From Escherichia coli (GTDB lineage: Bacteria; Pseudomonadota; Gammaproteobacteria; Enterobacterales; Enterobacteriaceae), in the NCBI RefSeq assembly GCF_003790525.1, contig NZ_CP033635.1: a stretch of DNA of 64,000 nucleotides; one strand, written 5' to 3'. A program made the position numbers and the translations under genes. Shown here piece by piece: positions 50,699 to 61,200 of the stretch (position 1 is the first letter of the stretch; every line of letters begins with the position of its first letter). Under the pieces are notes generated by a model. That model made no database searches, was not told the origin of the DNA, and saw only the letters and a list, made by a program, of their open reading frames with translations.

Positions 50699-51098
50699 TC
50701 AAAAACGCATGCGAAACGCTTCTGCCATTTTCCCAATTTTATGCATTTGGTTGTTATCTCGAGCCAGTTTATGAGGTTCAGGTTTCAGAATGGCAATGAG
50801 CAACCATGCTTGCTCATCAAACGCACCCTGACAATATACCAAATGCGCTTCGTCATTCGTTCTGCTGAATTGGCGCAACTGTGGCGGAAATGGATTATTC
50901 ACATTTGCCAGATGAATATGAGCAACTCGCTCAAATTTGATTAATGGCCAGGTAAACGAGTCGTCGTAGGAGTGCATCGCGACCAAATATATCTGGCAAA
51001 ACACCGTCACGCTTATAGGAAATAAAATCCGCCGTTAACGCATCAAGTTCCTCTGCTGTAAGTTGCAGGCGAATAAGTTTTGTTTTGAATACCCGCAT
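50699..51098 (-). pseudogene. yafO: yafO (ribosome-dependent mRNA interferase toxin) with an apparent +1 frameshift near 50970
   Basis: N-terminal 43 codons (MRVFKTKLIRLQLTAEELDALTADFISYKRDGVLPDIFGRDAL) read in one frame from ATG 51098; the YafO-like remainder (YDDSFTWPLIKFERV…) is the ORF 50699..51010 in a different frame. Confidence 0.55.
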
Positions 51099-51100
51099 CC

Positions 51101-51394
51101 TTATTCCTTAAAGTCATTGAAATCATCATCCGTCATATCATTAAGATATTGTTCAGCGCGGCGTGTAATTTCCTCTAATCTTGCGGCACTCGGACGGAAG
51201 CGCGCCTTAACCAGTTTTTTCTCCTCTTGTTCAGCAAGCATGTCCATTAACGCTTCAAATGCGCTGGCACTTAAGAGATATCCTGCGGGGCGATTATTAG
51301 AAAGAACCGCAACCGGTTGATCAATAAAGTATTTAGCTGGGTTTTTACGTAACTCAGTGATATTGACCGATTTTTCAGCGAGAATTCGATGCAT
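51101..51394 (-). CDS. yafN: antitoxin YafN
   Basis: ORF track, 97 aa (Phd/YefM-like). Confidence 0.8.
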   Translation of the reverse strand: MHRILAEKSVNITELRKNPAKYFIDQPVAVLSNNRPAGYLLSASAFEALMDMLAEQEEKKLVKARFRPSAARLEEITRRAEQYLNDMTDDDFNDFKE

Positions 51395-51445
51395 ACAGTG
51401 ATCCCCTCATAATAATGCACATCAGAATATACATAATAGTATACA

Positions 51446-52501
51446 TCATAATCCCAGCACCAGTTGTCTTTCCATTTGAGGGTCAAGTAACGTCACATGC
51501 AGCCCCACCAGACGCACACCGCGCCCGCCGCGACGTTCATCCCAGGTTTTACGCGCGGTGGCGATTAGATCAGCTTTATTCAGCCGCGGCCAGACGTGCT
51601 CCTGAGTGGTTTGCTGAAAATCATCAAACTTTAATTTCACCCCCTGGCGAGCAATCAGTAAATCAGGTTTTACCTTTGCCAGACGGCGTTCAAGTTCAGG
51701 ATACAGCCGCTCGATAATCGCTTCACATTCAGACCAGTGATGAATATCTTCCGCCATCGTGCGTTCCACGCCGACGGATTTTCGCAACCGTTCACTGTTA
51801 ACGTCGCGCTCGTCAATCCCCTGACTACGCTCCCACAAAATGCGGCCAAATTTGCCAAAACGTTTGAGCAGAGTCACCAGATCACACTTTTGCACATCAC
51901 CGCAGGTCCGCAGCCCCATCGCTTCCAGTTTTGCCGCCGAGACTTTGCCGACGCCGGGAATTTTTGCCAGCGGTAAGGTTTGCAGAAATGCCGGAACTTC
52001 TGCCGGAGTAATCACAAACTGACCGTTGGGTTTATTCATGTCGGAAGCAATTTTGGCGAGAAACTTTACCGGCGCAACGCCCGCAGATGCCGTCAGTTGC
52101 AGCTCGTTAAAGATCGTCTGACGGATTTCCTTGGCGATGAGGGTCGCAGAACCGTGGCAATGCACACTATCGGTGACGTCGAGATAGGCTTCATCCAGTG
52201 ATAACGGTTCAATGCGCGAGGTATAGCGCGAGAAAATTTCGCGGATATGATTTGAGGCTTCTTTGTAGGCGTCAAAGCGCCCCGGAAGCAAGGTGAGATG
52301 TGGGCATAATTTGAGTGCCATCCCTGTCGGCATAGCGCTGCGTACGCCAAATTTACGCGCGGGATAATTGGCGGTGCTGATCACCCCCCGACGTTCGCGG
52401 CTGCCGCCAATAGCAATAGGGATATCGCGCAGGGCGGGATTGTCGCGCATCTCCACCGCTGCGAAAAAGCAGTCCATATCCACATGAATGATTTTACGCA
52501 T
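51446..52501 (-). CDS. dinB: DNA polymerase IV (DinB)
   Basis: ORF track, 351 aa; [22 protein letters not shown]…. Confidence 0.9.
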   Translation of the reverse strand: MRKIIHVDMDCFFAAVEMRDNPALRDIPIAIGGSRERRGVISTANYPARKFGVRSAMPTGMALKLCPHLTLLPGRFDAYKEASNHIREIFSRYTSRIEPLSLDEAYLDVTDSVHCHGSATLIAKEIRQTIFNELQLTASAGVAPVKFLAKIASDMNKPNGQFVITPAEVPAFLQTLPLAKIPGVGKVSAAKLEAMGLRTCGDVQKCDLVTLLKRFGKFGRILWERSQGIDERDVNSERLRKSVGVERTMAEDIHHWSECEAIIERLYPELERRLAKVKPDLLIARQGVKLKFDDFQQTTQEHVWPRLNKADLIATARKTWDERRGGRGVRLVGLHVTLLDPQMERQLVLGL

Positions 52502-52517
52502 TGCTCACCTCTCAACA

Positions 52518-52533
52518 CTGGTAAAGTATACAG
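52518..52533 (-). promoter_or_regulatory. LexA (SOS) box CTGTATACTTTACCAG upstream of dinB
   Basis: CTGT-N8-ACAG palindrome ~17 nt upstream of the dinB start. Confidence 0.7.
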
Positions 52534-52571
52534 TGATTTCAGGGTTTGAGAAATGCGTAAAGATTCAGCAT

Positions 52572-53495
52572 TTAACGCGTTCGCTGTGAAAGCACCTGCT
52601 GCTTATCCAGCTTTTGCACCAGCGGCTGCACCACTTTATCCCCATGCTGACCAAAGTATTGATACAGCGTATCGGACGCGCTTTTAGTCAGCACCATAAT
52701 CTCAATGCGCCGGTTGCCCGCGCTTTGCGGATTTTTCGCGTCCAGCAGCATCTGGTCCGCCATTGCGCTCACCTGCATCACTTTATCTTCCGGCATTCCT
52801 GCCTCTTCCAGCACCCGACGAGCCGAAAGCGCGCGGTCACCCGAAAGGTTCCAGTTGTTGTAGATATTGTTTTTGTAGGCCATCGCATCGGTATGCCCGG
52901 TAATAATAATTTTGTTATCGAGCGAGTCGAACACTGGCGCGAGCTCCACCAGCAGCGTTTTAAAGAACGGCATAATCTGCGCGCTGCCACGTTCGAACAT
53001 ATTGCGATTCTGGTCGTCTTTAATCAGCACGCGTAATCCCTGCGGGACAATCTCCATCTCCAGATTCGCTTCCATATGCGCATCACGGGCAATGGTGTTG
53101 ATACTGGTTGCCAGCTCACCAAGCTCGGTGGCGGATTTCTTCTTCAGCAGCGCCGTTTTCTCGTTGACGTCGCGCGCTTTTTTCTCCGTCTCTTCCGGCA
53201 CTGCCACGGTGGCAGGTTTTGACGGATGAGACGGGCTGATTTTATTTAACGGCGACAGCCCGCCACCGTTAAAAATCGACTGCCCGTGTAGCGCGGCGAT
53301 AATGCTTTCACGCTCGGATTTACTGACGCTGTTGACAATCCACAGCGTCATAAACAGCGCCATCATTGCCAAAGTAAAATCGGCGAACGCCACCTTCCAC
53401 GCCCCGCCGTGGTGCCCGGCATGATTCTTTTTGATCTGCCGCCGGACGATGGTGGTTTTTGCCCCACGCTCGCGGCGGTTGCCCGTCTTTCTCAT
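52572..53495 (-). CDS. lafU: MotB-like stator protein of the lateral flagellar (Flag-2) system, LafU
   Basis: ORF 52572..53528; TM helix + C-terminal OmpA-like peptidoglycan-binding domain; start placed at MRKTGN… just after the lafT stop. Confidence 0.7.
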   Translation of the reverse strand: MRKTGNRRERGAKTTIVRRQIKKNHAGHHGGAWKVAFADFTLAMMALFMTLWIVNSVSKSERESIIAALHGQSIFNGGGLSPLNKISPSHPSKPATVAVPEETEKKARDVNEKTALLKKKSATELGELATSINTIARDAHMEANLEMEIVPQGLRVLIKDDQNRNMFERGSAQIMPFFKTLLVELAPVFDSLDNKIIITGHTDAMAYKNNIYNNWNLSGDRALSARRVLEEAGMPEDKVMQVSAMADQMLLDAKNPQSAGNRRIEIMVLTKSASDTLYQYFGQHGDKVVQPLVQKLDKQQVLSQRTR

Positions 53496-53497
53496 GC

Positions 53498-54361
53498 TTA
53501 TTCTTGCTCCAGCATCGCATTCACCCACGCGTCGAGGTTGGCGAACGTCGGTTTGGACGCCAGATGCAGCAACTTACGCCCGGCGTCCACCGCCAACAGC
53601 GTCGGTTTGCCGCCCGCCTGGGCCACCAGCACGGTACGCACACACTCCAGCAGCGAATGTTCCGCCCGCGCCTGCTGTTCCATGGCGTTGGCGAGCGGGT
53701 CCATCAGGCAGTAGCAAATAAACACGCCTAAAAATGTCCCCACCAGCGCTGCCGCCACTTTCAGGCCAATCAGGGCGATAGAACCGTCAATTGACTGCAT
53801 GGTGATGATGATGCCCAGCACCGCCGCGCAAATACCAAATCCCGGCATCGCTTCGGCGGTCCGTTGCAGCGAGCGTGACGGCGTTAACAGCGACTCTTCA
53901 GCGGTGTCCAGCTCCTGATCGAGAATGCCTTCCAGTTCATGGGCGTCGATTTTACCCATCGCCATCAGGCGAAAGTTATCGGCAATAAAAGTCACCAGCC
54001 GCTTCTGGGTTAACACCAGCGGGTATTTCTGGAAAACGGTACTCTCTTCCGGCTGCTCAATATGCTGATCCAACATCCGCAGACCGCCGTTTTGTACCAT
54101 TTCAAGCAACTCATACAGGCACATTAATAGCTGGCGCTGAAACTCCGGCCCGAGCTGTTTTTTACTGATCACGCCTTTAATTTGATGGGCAATCTCTTTC
54201 AGCACATGTTTCGGGTTCCCAATAATCATCGCCCCGAAACCCGCACCCAAAATAATGATCATTTCCGCCGGTTGCCAGATAGCCACTAATTGCCCGCCCG
54301 CTTCAAAATAACCGCCAAATACGCAGCCGAGCACCACCAGTAAACCTAATATTTTTTGCAT
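53498..54361 (-). CDS. lafT: MotA-like stator protein, LafT
   Basis: ORF track; clear MotA-like sequence. Confidence 0.8.
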   Translation of the reverse strand: MQKILGLLVVLGCVFGGYFEAGGQLVAIWQPAEMIIILGAGFGAMIIGNPKHVLKEIAHQIKGVISKKQLGPEFQRQLLMCLYELLEMVQNGGLRMLDQHIEQPEESTVFQKYPLVLTQKRLVTFIADNFRLMAMGKIDAHELEGILDQELDTAEESLLTPSRSLQRTAEAMPGFGICAAVLGIIITMQSIDGSIALIGLKVAAALVGTFLGVFICYCLMDPLANAMEQQARAEHSLLECVRTVLVAQAGGKPTLLAVDAGRKLLHLASKPTFANLDAWVNAMLEQE

Positions 54362-54373
54362 GATTTCTTCACT

Positions 54374-55093
54374 TTAATTCGGATAGACAAAATCACGAAT
54401 TTTCTGCGCGATCTGTTTATTCAGTTGACAAATTCGGGCCTCGGTTAGCCCTAATACCAGCGCAATCTCTTTGAGATTCATCTCATGCTGGTAATACATG
54501 GAGAGGATCAGTTGCTCTTTTTCGCTTAATTGTGAAAGCGCGTGTTGCAACATTTGCTGGGTGACAAACTGATCTTCCAGTTCCCGGCCAGCAAGCGGAA
54601 TGCCTGGCCCTTCGCCGTTCAGCAGTTCGTCAAGGCTGGCGAGCGTTTCCGCCCCTTCCAGTTGCTGATATTCGAGATAATCTTCATGCGAGATCCCTTC
54701 CACGGCCAGTTCTGACCACTCAGGCTCGTGCCCCAGTTTTTTACGCGTTTCGCGAATCAGGTCTTTCATCTGATGATATTTCTGTCGCAGCTGGCGCGGT
54801 CGCCAGTCGAGAGCGCGCAGCTCATCCAGGATCGCACCGCGAATACGGTGCACGGCATAGCCCGCAAAACCTTCGTCCGGCAGCCCGTAGCGGCGAATGG
54901 CATTAAGCAGCCCCATTAACGCCGTTTGTTCCATATCCTGACGATCAATAATGCAATTACACTGCGGGGCAAGTTGCCGCACCACTTTACGCACCAGTGG
55001 TAAATAGGCCTGCAAGTAGTGGCTCTCCTGCTGCGGGGTTAATACCGGCGCGGCAGCAAATTCTTCTGACTCGAATAATACGTCCTGTAGCAT
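54374..55093 (-). CDS. lafS: FliA-like sigma-28 factor, LafS
   Basis: ORF track; sigma-70 regions 2 and 4. Confidence 0.8.
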   Translation of the reverse strand: MLQDVLFESEEFAAAPVLTPQQESHYLQAYLPLVRKVVRQLAPQCNCIIDRQDMEQTALMGLLNAIRRYGLPDEGFAGYAVHRIRGAILDELRALDWRPRQLRQKYHQMKDLIRETRKKLGHEPEWSELAVEGISHEDYLEYQQLEGAETLASLDELLNGEGPGIPLAGRELEDQFVTQQMLQHALSQLSEKEQLILSMYYQHEMNLKEIALVLGLTEARICQLNKQIAQKIRDFVYPN

Positions 55094-55112
55094 GTTTATA
55101 TCCGCCTGGTGA

Positions 55113-55580
55113 TTACTGGAAGACCACTTTTTTCACCAGCAAATCCTTATACGGTGCGCTCATTTTGCGACGCTGAAGATCTTTCTTTAGCGCATCAGAA
55201 ATCAGTTTGCGGATGGCAGATATTTTCATGCCCCGCAAATCTTCAAATTTCATTTCCGTCAGGCATTCAACCGCAATACTTTGATACAATGGCTCCTGAT
55301 GTTTTATTTTTTCCGCTTCTTTGTCACTGGCAACCACCATCACTAATTCCGCCGACAAATAATGGTCCGCGCCGTTGTTGTCATGCAGCGTGACAATGGT
55401 TTCCGGCAGCGTCACAAACACGCTTTTGCTTTCATCCAGGGTTTCCACCGCTTCCGTCCGCGCAACGGCAGTCGGTTTTCCTTTTCCGGCATAATGATGC
55501 CAGACACCCCATCCAGCTCCAGCGCCGACCACCAACGCCAGAACGGCGCTGACCACGCCCGCCACCACGATTTTCTTCAT
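55113..55580 (-). CDS. lafF: FliL-like basal-body-associated protein, LafF
   Basis: ORF track; single N-terminal TM helix, 155 aa. Confidence 0.6.
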   Translation of the reverse strand: MKKIVVAGVVSAVLALVVGAGAGWGVWHHYAGKGKPTAVARTEAVETLDESKSVFVTLPETIVTLHDNNGADHYLSAELVMVVASDKEAEKIKHQEPLYQSIAVECLTEMKFEDLRGMKISAIRKLISDALKKDLQRRKMSAPYKDLLVKKVVFQ

Positions 55581-55587
55581 ATTGCCT

Positions 55588-56649
55588 TTACACTTTGATC
55601 AAAACGGATTCGTTCTGTTGAAATTGAGGCGCATCATCAAGCTGTAAGGCGGCACTCACCTCTTCCTGCTGATGGCCCGACTGTTGTTGCTGTTGCGACT
55701 GCCCTTCGGAGGAGACCTGTACGTTCACCTCCATAAAATTTTGCGCCGTCAGATGCTGGCGGAGATCGTCGCTAAACTGCTGTAACGCGCGGCAAACTTC
55801 ACTTTGGTTCGCGCCGATGTGCACCATCAGTTTGCCGTTGTCGAGTTGTACGGCGATCTCGAGCTTGCCAAGCGACGGTGGATCGAGACGGATGGTGGAG
55901 ATCTGCTGTTGTTTGTTGAGCTGAAAGTGGATCTGATCTTTCAACAGCGTCGTCAGTTTTTCGCCCAGTTCGTCCATCGAAAGCGTGGCTGGTTTGGCGA
56001 CAATCTCCTGATGTTCGCTGACCAGATCCGGCGTCTTAACCTGCAACACCGCACGCGCAATAACCGGTTCGCTGTCCGGCACTTTTTCCGTTTTACGCTC
56101 GACCTGCGGGCGCGCGTTCACACGGGTTAGTTCAGGTTTCGGGCGAGCTGGCTGTGTTGAGACGCGCGGCTGCGTCGGTGCAATGGCATGTAAATCTTCA
56201 CTGGCGTAAGTCGCCAGTCTGGCCTGCTGTTCGGGTTTCGCCTGCGGCAACTGACTGATCAGCTCCTGCAACTGCGGCGGCAACGGCGTGAGTTCCTGCT
56301 GCTGCGTCGGGCGTTGCGCCGCGTTTTGCACCACCGCTTTCGTCAATTGCTGGATAACCGGCGATGTTGCGACGTTTCGCGGCTGCGGCGTGTCCTGATG
56401 CGGCGCGGCAGGTTGCGGAAGTAACAGCGCCATTAGCGCCTGCATCGCCACCGGATCGTTCTCCTGCGGGCGCGTCGCCTGTTGCTGACTGGTTTTTGCG
56501 CTATGAACGCGCTCCGCCACCGCCGCGACCGCCATTTTCGGCAGGGTAAACGCGGGCGCGTTTTCACTACTCACCGGCGGTAAAATATCCGCTTTCAGCG
56601 ACGCCGTTTCCGCAAGTGTTCCGAGCGTGGCAAGCAATGCCGGATTCAT
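55588..56649 (-). CDS. lafE: FliK-like hook-length control protein, LafE
   Basis: ORF track; Pro/Gln-rich middle region. Confidence 0.6.
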   Translation of the reverse strand: MNPALLATLGTLAETASLKADILPPVSSENAPAFTLPKMAVAAVAERVHSAKTSQQQATRPQENDPVAMQALMALLLPQPAAPHQDTPQPRNVATSPVIQQLTKAVVQNAAQRPTQQQELTPLPPQLQELISQLPQAKPEQQARLATYASEDLHAIAPTQPRVSTQPARPKPELTRVNARPQVERKTEKVPDSEPVIARAVLQVKTPDLVSEHQEIVAKPATLSMDELGEKLTTLLKDQIHFQLNKQQQISTIRLDPPSLGKLEIAVQLDNGKLMVHIGANQSEVCRALQQFSDDLRQHLTAQNFMEVNVQVSSEGQSQQQQQSGHQQEEVSAALQLDDAPQFQQNESVLIKV

Positions 56650-56999
56650 GACTTCTCCGAAAGTAAATTAACAATTGAGTAGGCCAGTACGCCTTCCTGA
56701 TGCCGCTGATGCTGTTCCATACGCGCCTTCAACACTTCTGCACGCTGCTCGCGCCGTTTAATCAGGGCATTAAACGCGCCGTACAGCTGCGCCTTCACCG
56801 CACACAACTGCGCCGCGTCGGTTTCCGCCGCCACGTAATCGTGAAACTGGCGCATCAACTGCTGATGCAGTGCCGGAAGGCGTCGCCAGCGTTGCTTGTC
56901 GAGGGCTTCGTTCATCGCTTCAACCAGCGCGAAAAGTTGCCTGCGTTGTTTTTCCATCGTCTTAACCCAGCTTGCCCGAAAGCCCTTCCCAGCCTTCAC
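56646..56999 (-). CDS. lafD: flagellar protein LafD (function unclear)
   Basis: ORF track; assigned by position. Confidence 0.5.
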   Translation of the reverse strand: MKAGKGFRASWVKTMEKQRRQLFALVEAMNEALDKQRWRRLPALHQQLMRQFHDYVAAETDAAQLCAVKAQLYGAFNALIKRREQRAEVLKARMEQHQRHQEGVLAYSIVNLLSEKS

Positions 57000-57354
57000 G
57001 CAGGTTGCTTAAGATCAGCATCACTTCATCGATTTTCTCTGCCGACAGTTCGCCACTGGCTTCATACAAGCGATACACGCAGTGGTCATAGAGGCGAGAA
57101 AGATTCACCACCAGCTCGCCACCGGTTTCAAACTCCAGCGAACTGGTGAGCGCATTGAGAATGTCGATGCATTTATTGATGCTCTGGGCTTTCTTCTCGA
57201 AACGCCGCCCTTCAATGTGGCTTCTGGCGCGTTCCAGCTCGTCCATCAGGCCAGAAAACAGCACCAGCACCAGTTCAAGAGGCGATGCCGCAGCGGTACG
57301 CGCCGCGAGATCGACCTCTTTGTATTGCGAATAGCCATCCTGTACTTGGTACAT
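56962..57354 (-). CDS. lafC: FliS-like flagellin chaperone, LafC
   Basis: ORF track, 130 aa. Confidence 0.7.
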   Translation of the reverse strand: MYQVQDGYSQYKEVDLAARTAAASPLELVLVLFSGLMDELERARSHIEGRRFEKKAQSINKCIDILNALTSSLEFETGGELVVNLSRLYDHCVYRLYEASGELSAEKIDEVMLILSNLREGWEGLSGKLG

Positions 57355-57376
57355 CTTTAGGGATATTCCTTCTGAG

Positions 57377-58693
57377 TTACGCGAATGCCGCCATGCTGGC
57401 TTTCATGGTGTACACCTCAACCAGCGTGTTGGTGTACTCCTCCAGATAACGGTCGTAGTTGGCGTTATAGGTATCGGTAAGCTGATCGCCTTCGTCCTGA
57501 ATTTTGCTCATCTGATCGTCAATGTTCTGCTGGCGCAGGGTGATGATGCCGTTGCTGGAGTCGGTATAGGTGTCAATAAGGCTGTCCATCTGCGCCACCA
57601 TGCTGTTATCGCCGACGAAAATAGAGGTCAGGCCGTCGGGATCGCTCTTCATCGCGTCGTTGAACTGGTCTGAATCAATCTGTAAATGGCCGTGAGAATC
57701 GAGCGTAATGCCATAGTCGACAATCGACACGCCGTTGTAGCTGGCATGGGCGATGTCATCGAGCTGGTTTGCCAGTGAGCTGAGTCCGGCGTCGCCTGCA
57801 AATACCCCGGCGCTGGTACTGTCATCACCGTGGGTGGTCAGCGAATCAACCGTATCAATCAAGGTGTTATATGCATCGACAAAGGTCTGTACTTTCTCCT
57901 GGCTGGCGCTGGAATCTTCGCTGATGTTAAAGGTAGTGAGATCGCTGTCAGAATCGCTGACTTCGGTGAAAGTCATGGTGACGCCGGGGATCACATCATC
58001 AAAGGTATTGCTGCTATTAGTGATCTCTGGCCCCGTGGCGCTGCCGAGATGAATAATCGCGTCCTGGGCGGAGGAAACATCCGTAGCAACAGGCGCGCTG
58101 GCGCTGTCGTTGCTGGCGTCATGCCCCGTTACGCTCACCGAAAATGCGCTCTGCGCCCCGGTGCTATCGGAGGTGAGCATAATCGTGGTGGTGCCGTCGG
58201 TTTTTACCAGTGCCGCCGACACGCCCGGATTGTCATCAGAGTCGTTAATCGCATTCACCAGTTCACTGGCGTCGATAAAACCGTCGCCGTCACCGTTTTG
58301 ATCCGCCGCCGACAGATCGATATCCATGGTGCTGCCGCCCATCGTCAGTTCGAAGGTGCCGGTAGCGGAAAAGGCGTCGTCGCCCATACTGAACGTGGTT
58401 TGCTGCCCCTGTGCCAGTTGCTCAACGAAAAATGAGTAGCTTCCCGCCTGCGCCTGGGAATTGGCGGAAACGGTCGCCGAGTCATTATTGCTGGTGGCGG
58501 CAAACGTCACCGGGCCGTCAGTATCGCTGTTCAGCGCGTCAACGGCGCTCTGAAAATCGCTCAACGCTGAGCTGAGCGAGTCCAGGCCGCTGCTTTCCGC
58601 ATCCAGCTCGCTCTGCTTCTCCTGCAAGTTTGCCGCCTGAGTGGCAACATCCGCATAGGCGATTTCTTGCGCAATGGTTCTTGGGTTGATCAT
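57377..58693 (-). CDS. lafB: FliD-like filament cap protein, LafB
   Basis: ORF track, 438 aa. Confidence 0.75.
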   Translation of the reverse strand: MINPRTIAQEIAYADVATQAANLQEKQSELDAESSGLDSLSSALSDFQSAVDALNSDTDGPVTFAATSNNDSATVSANSQAQAGSYSFFVEQLAQGQQTTFSMGDDAFSATGTFELTMGGSTMDIDLSAADQNGDGDGFIDASELVNAINDSDDNPGVSAALVKTDGTTTIMLTSDSTGAQSAFSVSVTGHDASNDSASAPVATDVSSAQDAIIHLGSATGPEITNSSNTFDDVIPGVTMTFTEVSDSDSDLTTFNISEDSSASQEKVQTFVDAYNTLIDTVDSLTTHGDDSTSAGVFAGDAGLSSLANQLDDIAHASYNGVSIVDYGITLDSHGHLQIDSDQFNDAMKSDPDGLTSIFVGDNSMVAQMDSLIDTYTDSSNGIITLRQQNIDDQMSKIQDEGDQLTDTYNANYDRYLEEYTNTLVEVYTMKASMAAFA

Positions 58694-58855
58694 TGATGAC
58701 TCCGGATAACGATGTCAGGTTATTGGCAAAAGGCGTGCCAATAATTTTTATGTGAATAATCAATAAATTGAAAAAGGGGCGGAAATGGTGTTTCCGGTCT
58801 GGCGGAAAAAAGCCTGCCGCTGAAAGCACAACACCGCCCGCAGGCGGTGTTGTTC

Positions 58856-58890
58856 GTAGCCGGATAAGGCGTTTACGCCGCATCCGGCAA
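58856..58890 (-). repeat. REP (repetitive extragenic palindrome) element downstream of lafA
   Basis: reverse complement reads GCCGGATGCGGCGTAAACGCCTTATCCGGCTAC. Confidence 0.6.
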
Positions 58891-58898
58891 GTCCGCCA

Positions 58899-59813
58899 TT
58901 ACTGCAGCAGGCTGGAAACCATGCTGGACATGCTGTTGGACTGTTTCAGCATGGTGATGCCGGTCTGCATCAGCACCTGCTGTTTAGTCATGTTGGACGC
59001 TTCCGTCGCGTAGTCGGTATCCATAATGTTACCGATAGCGACTTCGGTGTTGTCCTGCATACTGGTCAGGTTATTAGCGGTGTCGTTCAGACGGTTGATA
59101 GACGCCCCCAGCTTGGACTGGATCTGCGAAACATCATCCATCGCGGTAGAAATGCTGGTGATCATCTGGTTAGCCGAGCCAGACGCAGTCAGCTCAGTAC
59201 CGCCAGAAACGCCTGCGGTGCCAGTGGTGTCAGCCTGATCCGCACTGAAGGAGTTGCTGATAGCAGAAAGATCCGTCACCAGGGTATTCAGCTGGCTTGA
59301 AATATTCACGGTCATGGTGTCGGAAGATTCCGCGCCCACCTGGAAAGTTACTGCGCTCTGGAACAGACCGTCAGTACCGGTGTTGCTGGTACCGGAAACA
59401 CCGAACAGGTTGGTGCCGCCGTAAGTGGTGTTTTGCAGCATGTCAGACATCTGCTGACCCAGTTCATCGTATTCGTCCTGCATCGCCTGCAGATCGTCGT
59501 CGCTGTAGGTGCCGTTCGCTGCCTGAGTTGACAGGTCTTTCATACGACCCAGCACATCAGACATTTCGTCGAACATGCTGTCAGCGGTTTGCAGCATCGC
59601 GGTGGCATCATTGATGTTGCTCAGCGCCACACCCATACCGCTGGACTGTGCTGTCAGACGGTTAGCAATTTGTTTGCCTGCGGCGTCATCGGCAGAAGAG
59701 TTAATCCGGTTACCCGTTGCCAGGCGTTCCATAGATGTAGACAGAGAAGAGCTGCTTTTACTGATTGCATTAACGGCGGCCATTGAGGCGTTATTGGTGT
59801 TAATAGATAACAT
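58899..59813 (-). CDS. lafA: lateral flagellin LafA
   Basis: ORF 58899..59879 trimmed to MLSINTNNASMAAVNAI…; conserved flagellin N- and C-terminal regions. Confidence 0.85.
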   Translation of the reverse strand: MLSINTNNASMAAVNAISKSSSSLSTSMERLATGNRINSSADDAAGKQIANRLTAQSSGMGVALSNINDATAMLQTADSMFDEMSDVLGRMKDLSTQAANGTYSDDDLQAMQDEYDELGQQMSDMLQNTTYGGTNLFGVSGTSNTGTDGLFQSAVTFQVGAESSDTMTVNISSQLNTLVTDLSAISNSFSADQADTTGTAGVSGGTELTASGSANQMITSISTAMDDVSQIQSKLGASINRLNDTANNLTSMQDNTEVAIGNIMDTDYATEASNMTKQQVLMQTGITMLKQSNSMSSMVSSLLQ

Positions 59814-60248
59814 GATACTGCTCCTTGGGATTAATCGTTTTCGTTTCGATACCCTGTAAAAACGACACCTCAGGAGCAAACTTAAAATCGCCGTTAAAAT
59901 TTTTTCGCCACGTATTATCCGATGCCACTTTTAGCTAAAAAAAAGCAGAGTTTAAATTCAGATAAAAAGATTATTAGCAATATCTGCCACATGGCCAGGT
60001 ATCAAAATATGTCTTTATCAAATGCTTGATATAGTTAAGATTGTCATCAATTATCGCGTTTTGTTCTCAATGTACTGATGCCAAAATTTACATTGCGTTG
60101 CAAATAGTACACATTTGGCTATTGTACCTGTCCTGTCATTTCGTTACATTTCCACGCCATATAGTGATTAAGAATAATCCTATTACCATAAAATATTAAT
60201 TATCACGCAGAAAAATCATCTTCTCAGGGACGTATAAGACTGTGCTTT

Positions 60249-61142
60249 ATGCAAAGCACTATCAGGAAACATTTATCCCTTGCTAAGGTAAACTCAACTA
60301 TGAGTATTATTATCAACAACTGGCGGATGGACCCGTCGCTTAATGCCTTAATACATTGCGAAACGGGTGAAACACGTCGTCTCGGCGAATACCATTTTAT
60401 TTTGCTGGAAACATTAGCAAAAAATGCCGATGTGGTTTTATCGCGATCTTATTTATGTGCCGAAGTATGGAAGAACCGCATAGTCGGCGGTAACAGCCTG
60501 CCGACGGCGATCCATGCGTTGCGCGTTGCTATCGACGATGATGGCAAACAACAGAACATTATTAAAACAATTCCGAAGAAAGGTTACTTGTGCAATAAAG
60601 AGTATGTGTCTTTGCCGGAGTCATCGCCTGCAGAAGCGCTGATTATTACCGACCAGATACAAGATACAGCCCCAGAAGAGATATCTTCGACAACACCGCC
60701 TGTACCTGTTAGAAAAAAACATAAAGGACTGATGGGGTTAGCGTTGACCGCGGCTGTTATATTTATTGGCTCGACCGTGGGGTATTCACACTTGAAAAGT
60801 ACACCTGACGCCCCGCAACTGGTAAAAGAGTCAATTAACAGTCCAAGAATAAAAATATTTCATCTTAGTTCTGGAAAGGAAAATAATTCCGTACCGTTAC
60901 TGTCACAAACCCTCGAACCAGGAAAAGACAAACTCGATAATTTATTGTCAGCGCATAATATGACAATGACAACCTATTATAAATATGTTCGTAACCGACT
61001 GGAAAGCGATATTGTTCTGCGTAACCAGTGCAACGGCAGCTGGCAATTAACCTTTAATGTGGAAGGTTGGCAGAACAGCGATATTAATAGCGCGATGTAT
61101 CAGAATTTGGAGAAGTTGTTAAATACTGTGCAGAAATGCTGA
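60249..61142 (+). CDS. lafZ: ToxR/CadC-like membrane regulator (winged-helix + TM), LafZ-like
   Basis: ORF track; OmpR/PhoB-type winged helix at N-terminus, one TM helix (LMGLALTAAVIFIG), periplasmic C-terminus; start uncertain. Confidence 0.55.
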   Translation: MQSTIRKHLSLAKVNSTMSIIINNWRMDPSLNALIHCETGETRRLGEYHFILLETLAKNADVVLSRSYLCAEVWKNRIVGGNSLPTAIHALRVAIDDDGKQQNIIKTIPKKGYLCNKEYVSLPESSPAEALIITDQIQDTAPEEISSTTPPVPVRKKHKGLMGLALTAAVIFIGSTVGYSHLKSTPDAPQLVKESINSPRIKIFHLSSGKENNSVPLLSQTLEPGKDKLDNLLSAHNMTMTTYYKYVRNRLESDIVLRNQCNGSWQLTFNVEGWQNSDINSAMYQNLEKLLNTVQKC

Positions 61143-61157
61143 TGAGTGCCAATATAT

Positions 61158-61194
61158 GCCGGATGCGACGCTAAACGCGTCTTATCCGGCCTAC
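61158..61194 (+). repeat. REP element
   Basis: GCCGGATGCGACGCTAAACGCGTCTTATCCGGCCTAC. Confidence 0.55.
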
Positions 61195-61200
61195 CGATAA

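Noticed and set aside
57830..58435. 201-aa plus-strand ORF antisense to lafB
   Set aside because: Antisense to the FliD-like gene; Gly/Arg/Ala-rich composition typical of antisense frames in GC-rich DNA
59820..59960. Possible sigma-28 (FliA/LafS) promoter upstream of lafA
   Set aside because: Found TAAA-like and CGGATAAT-like elements but with wrong spacing for the TAAAGTTT-N11-GCCGATAA consensus; needs a PWM scan
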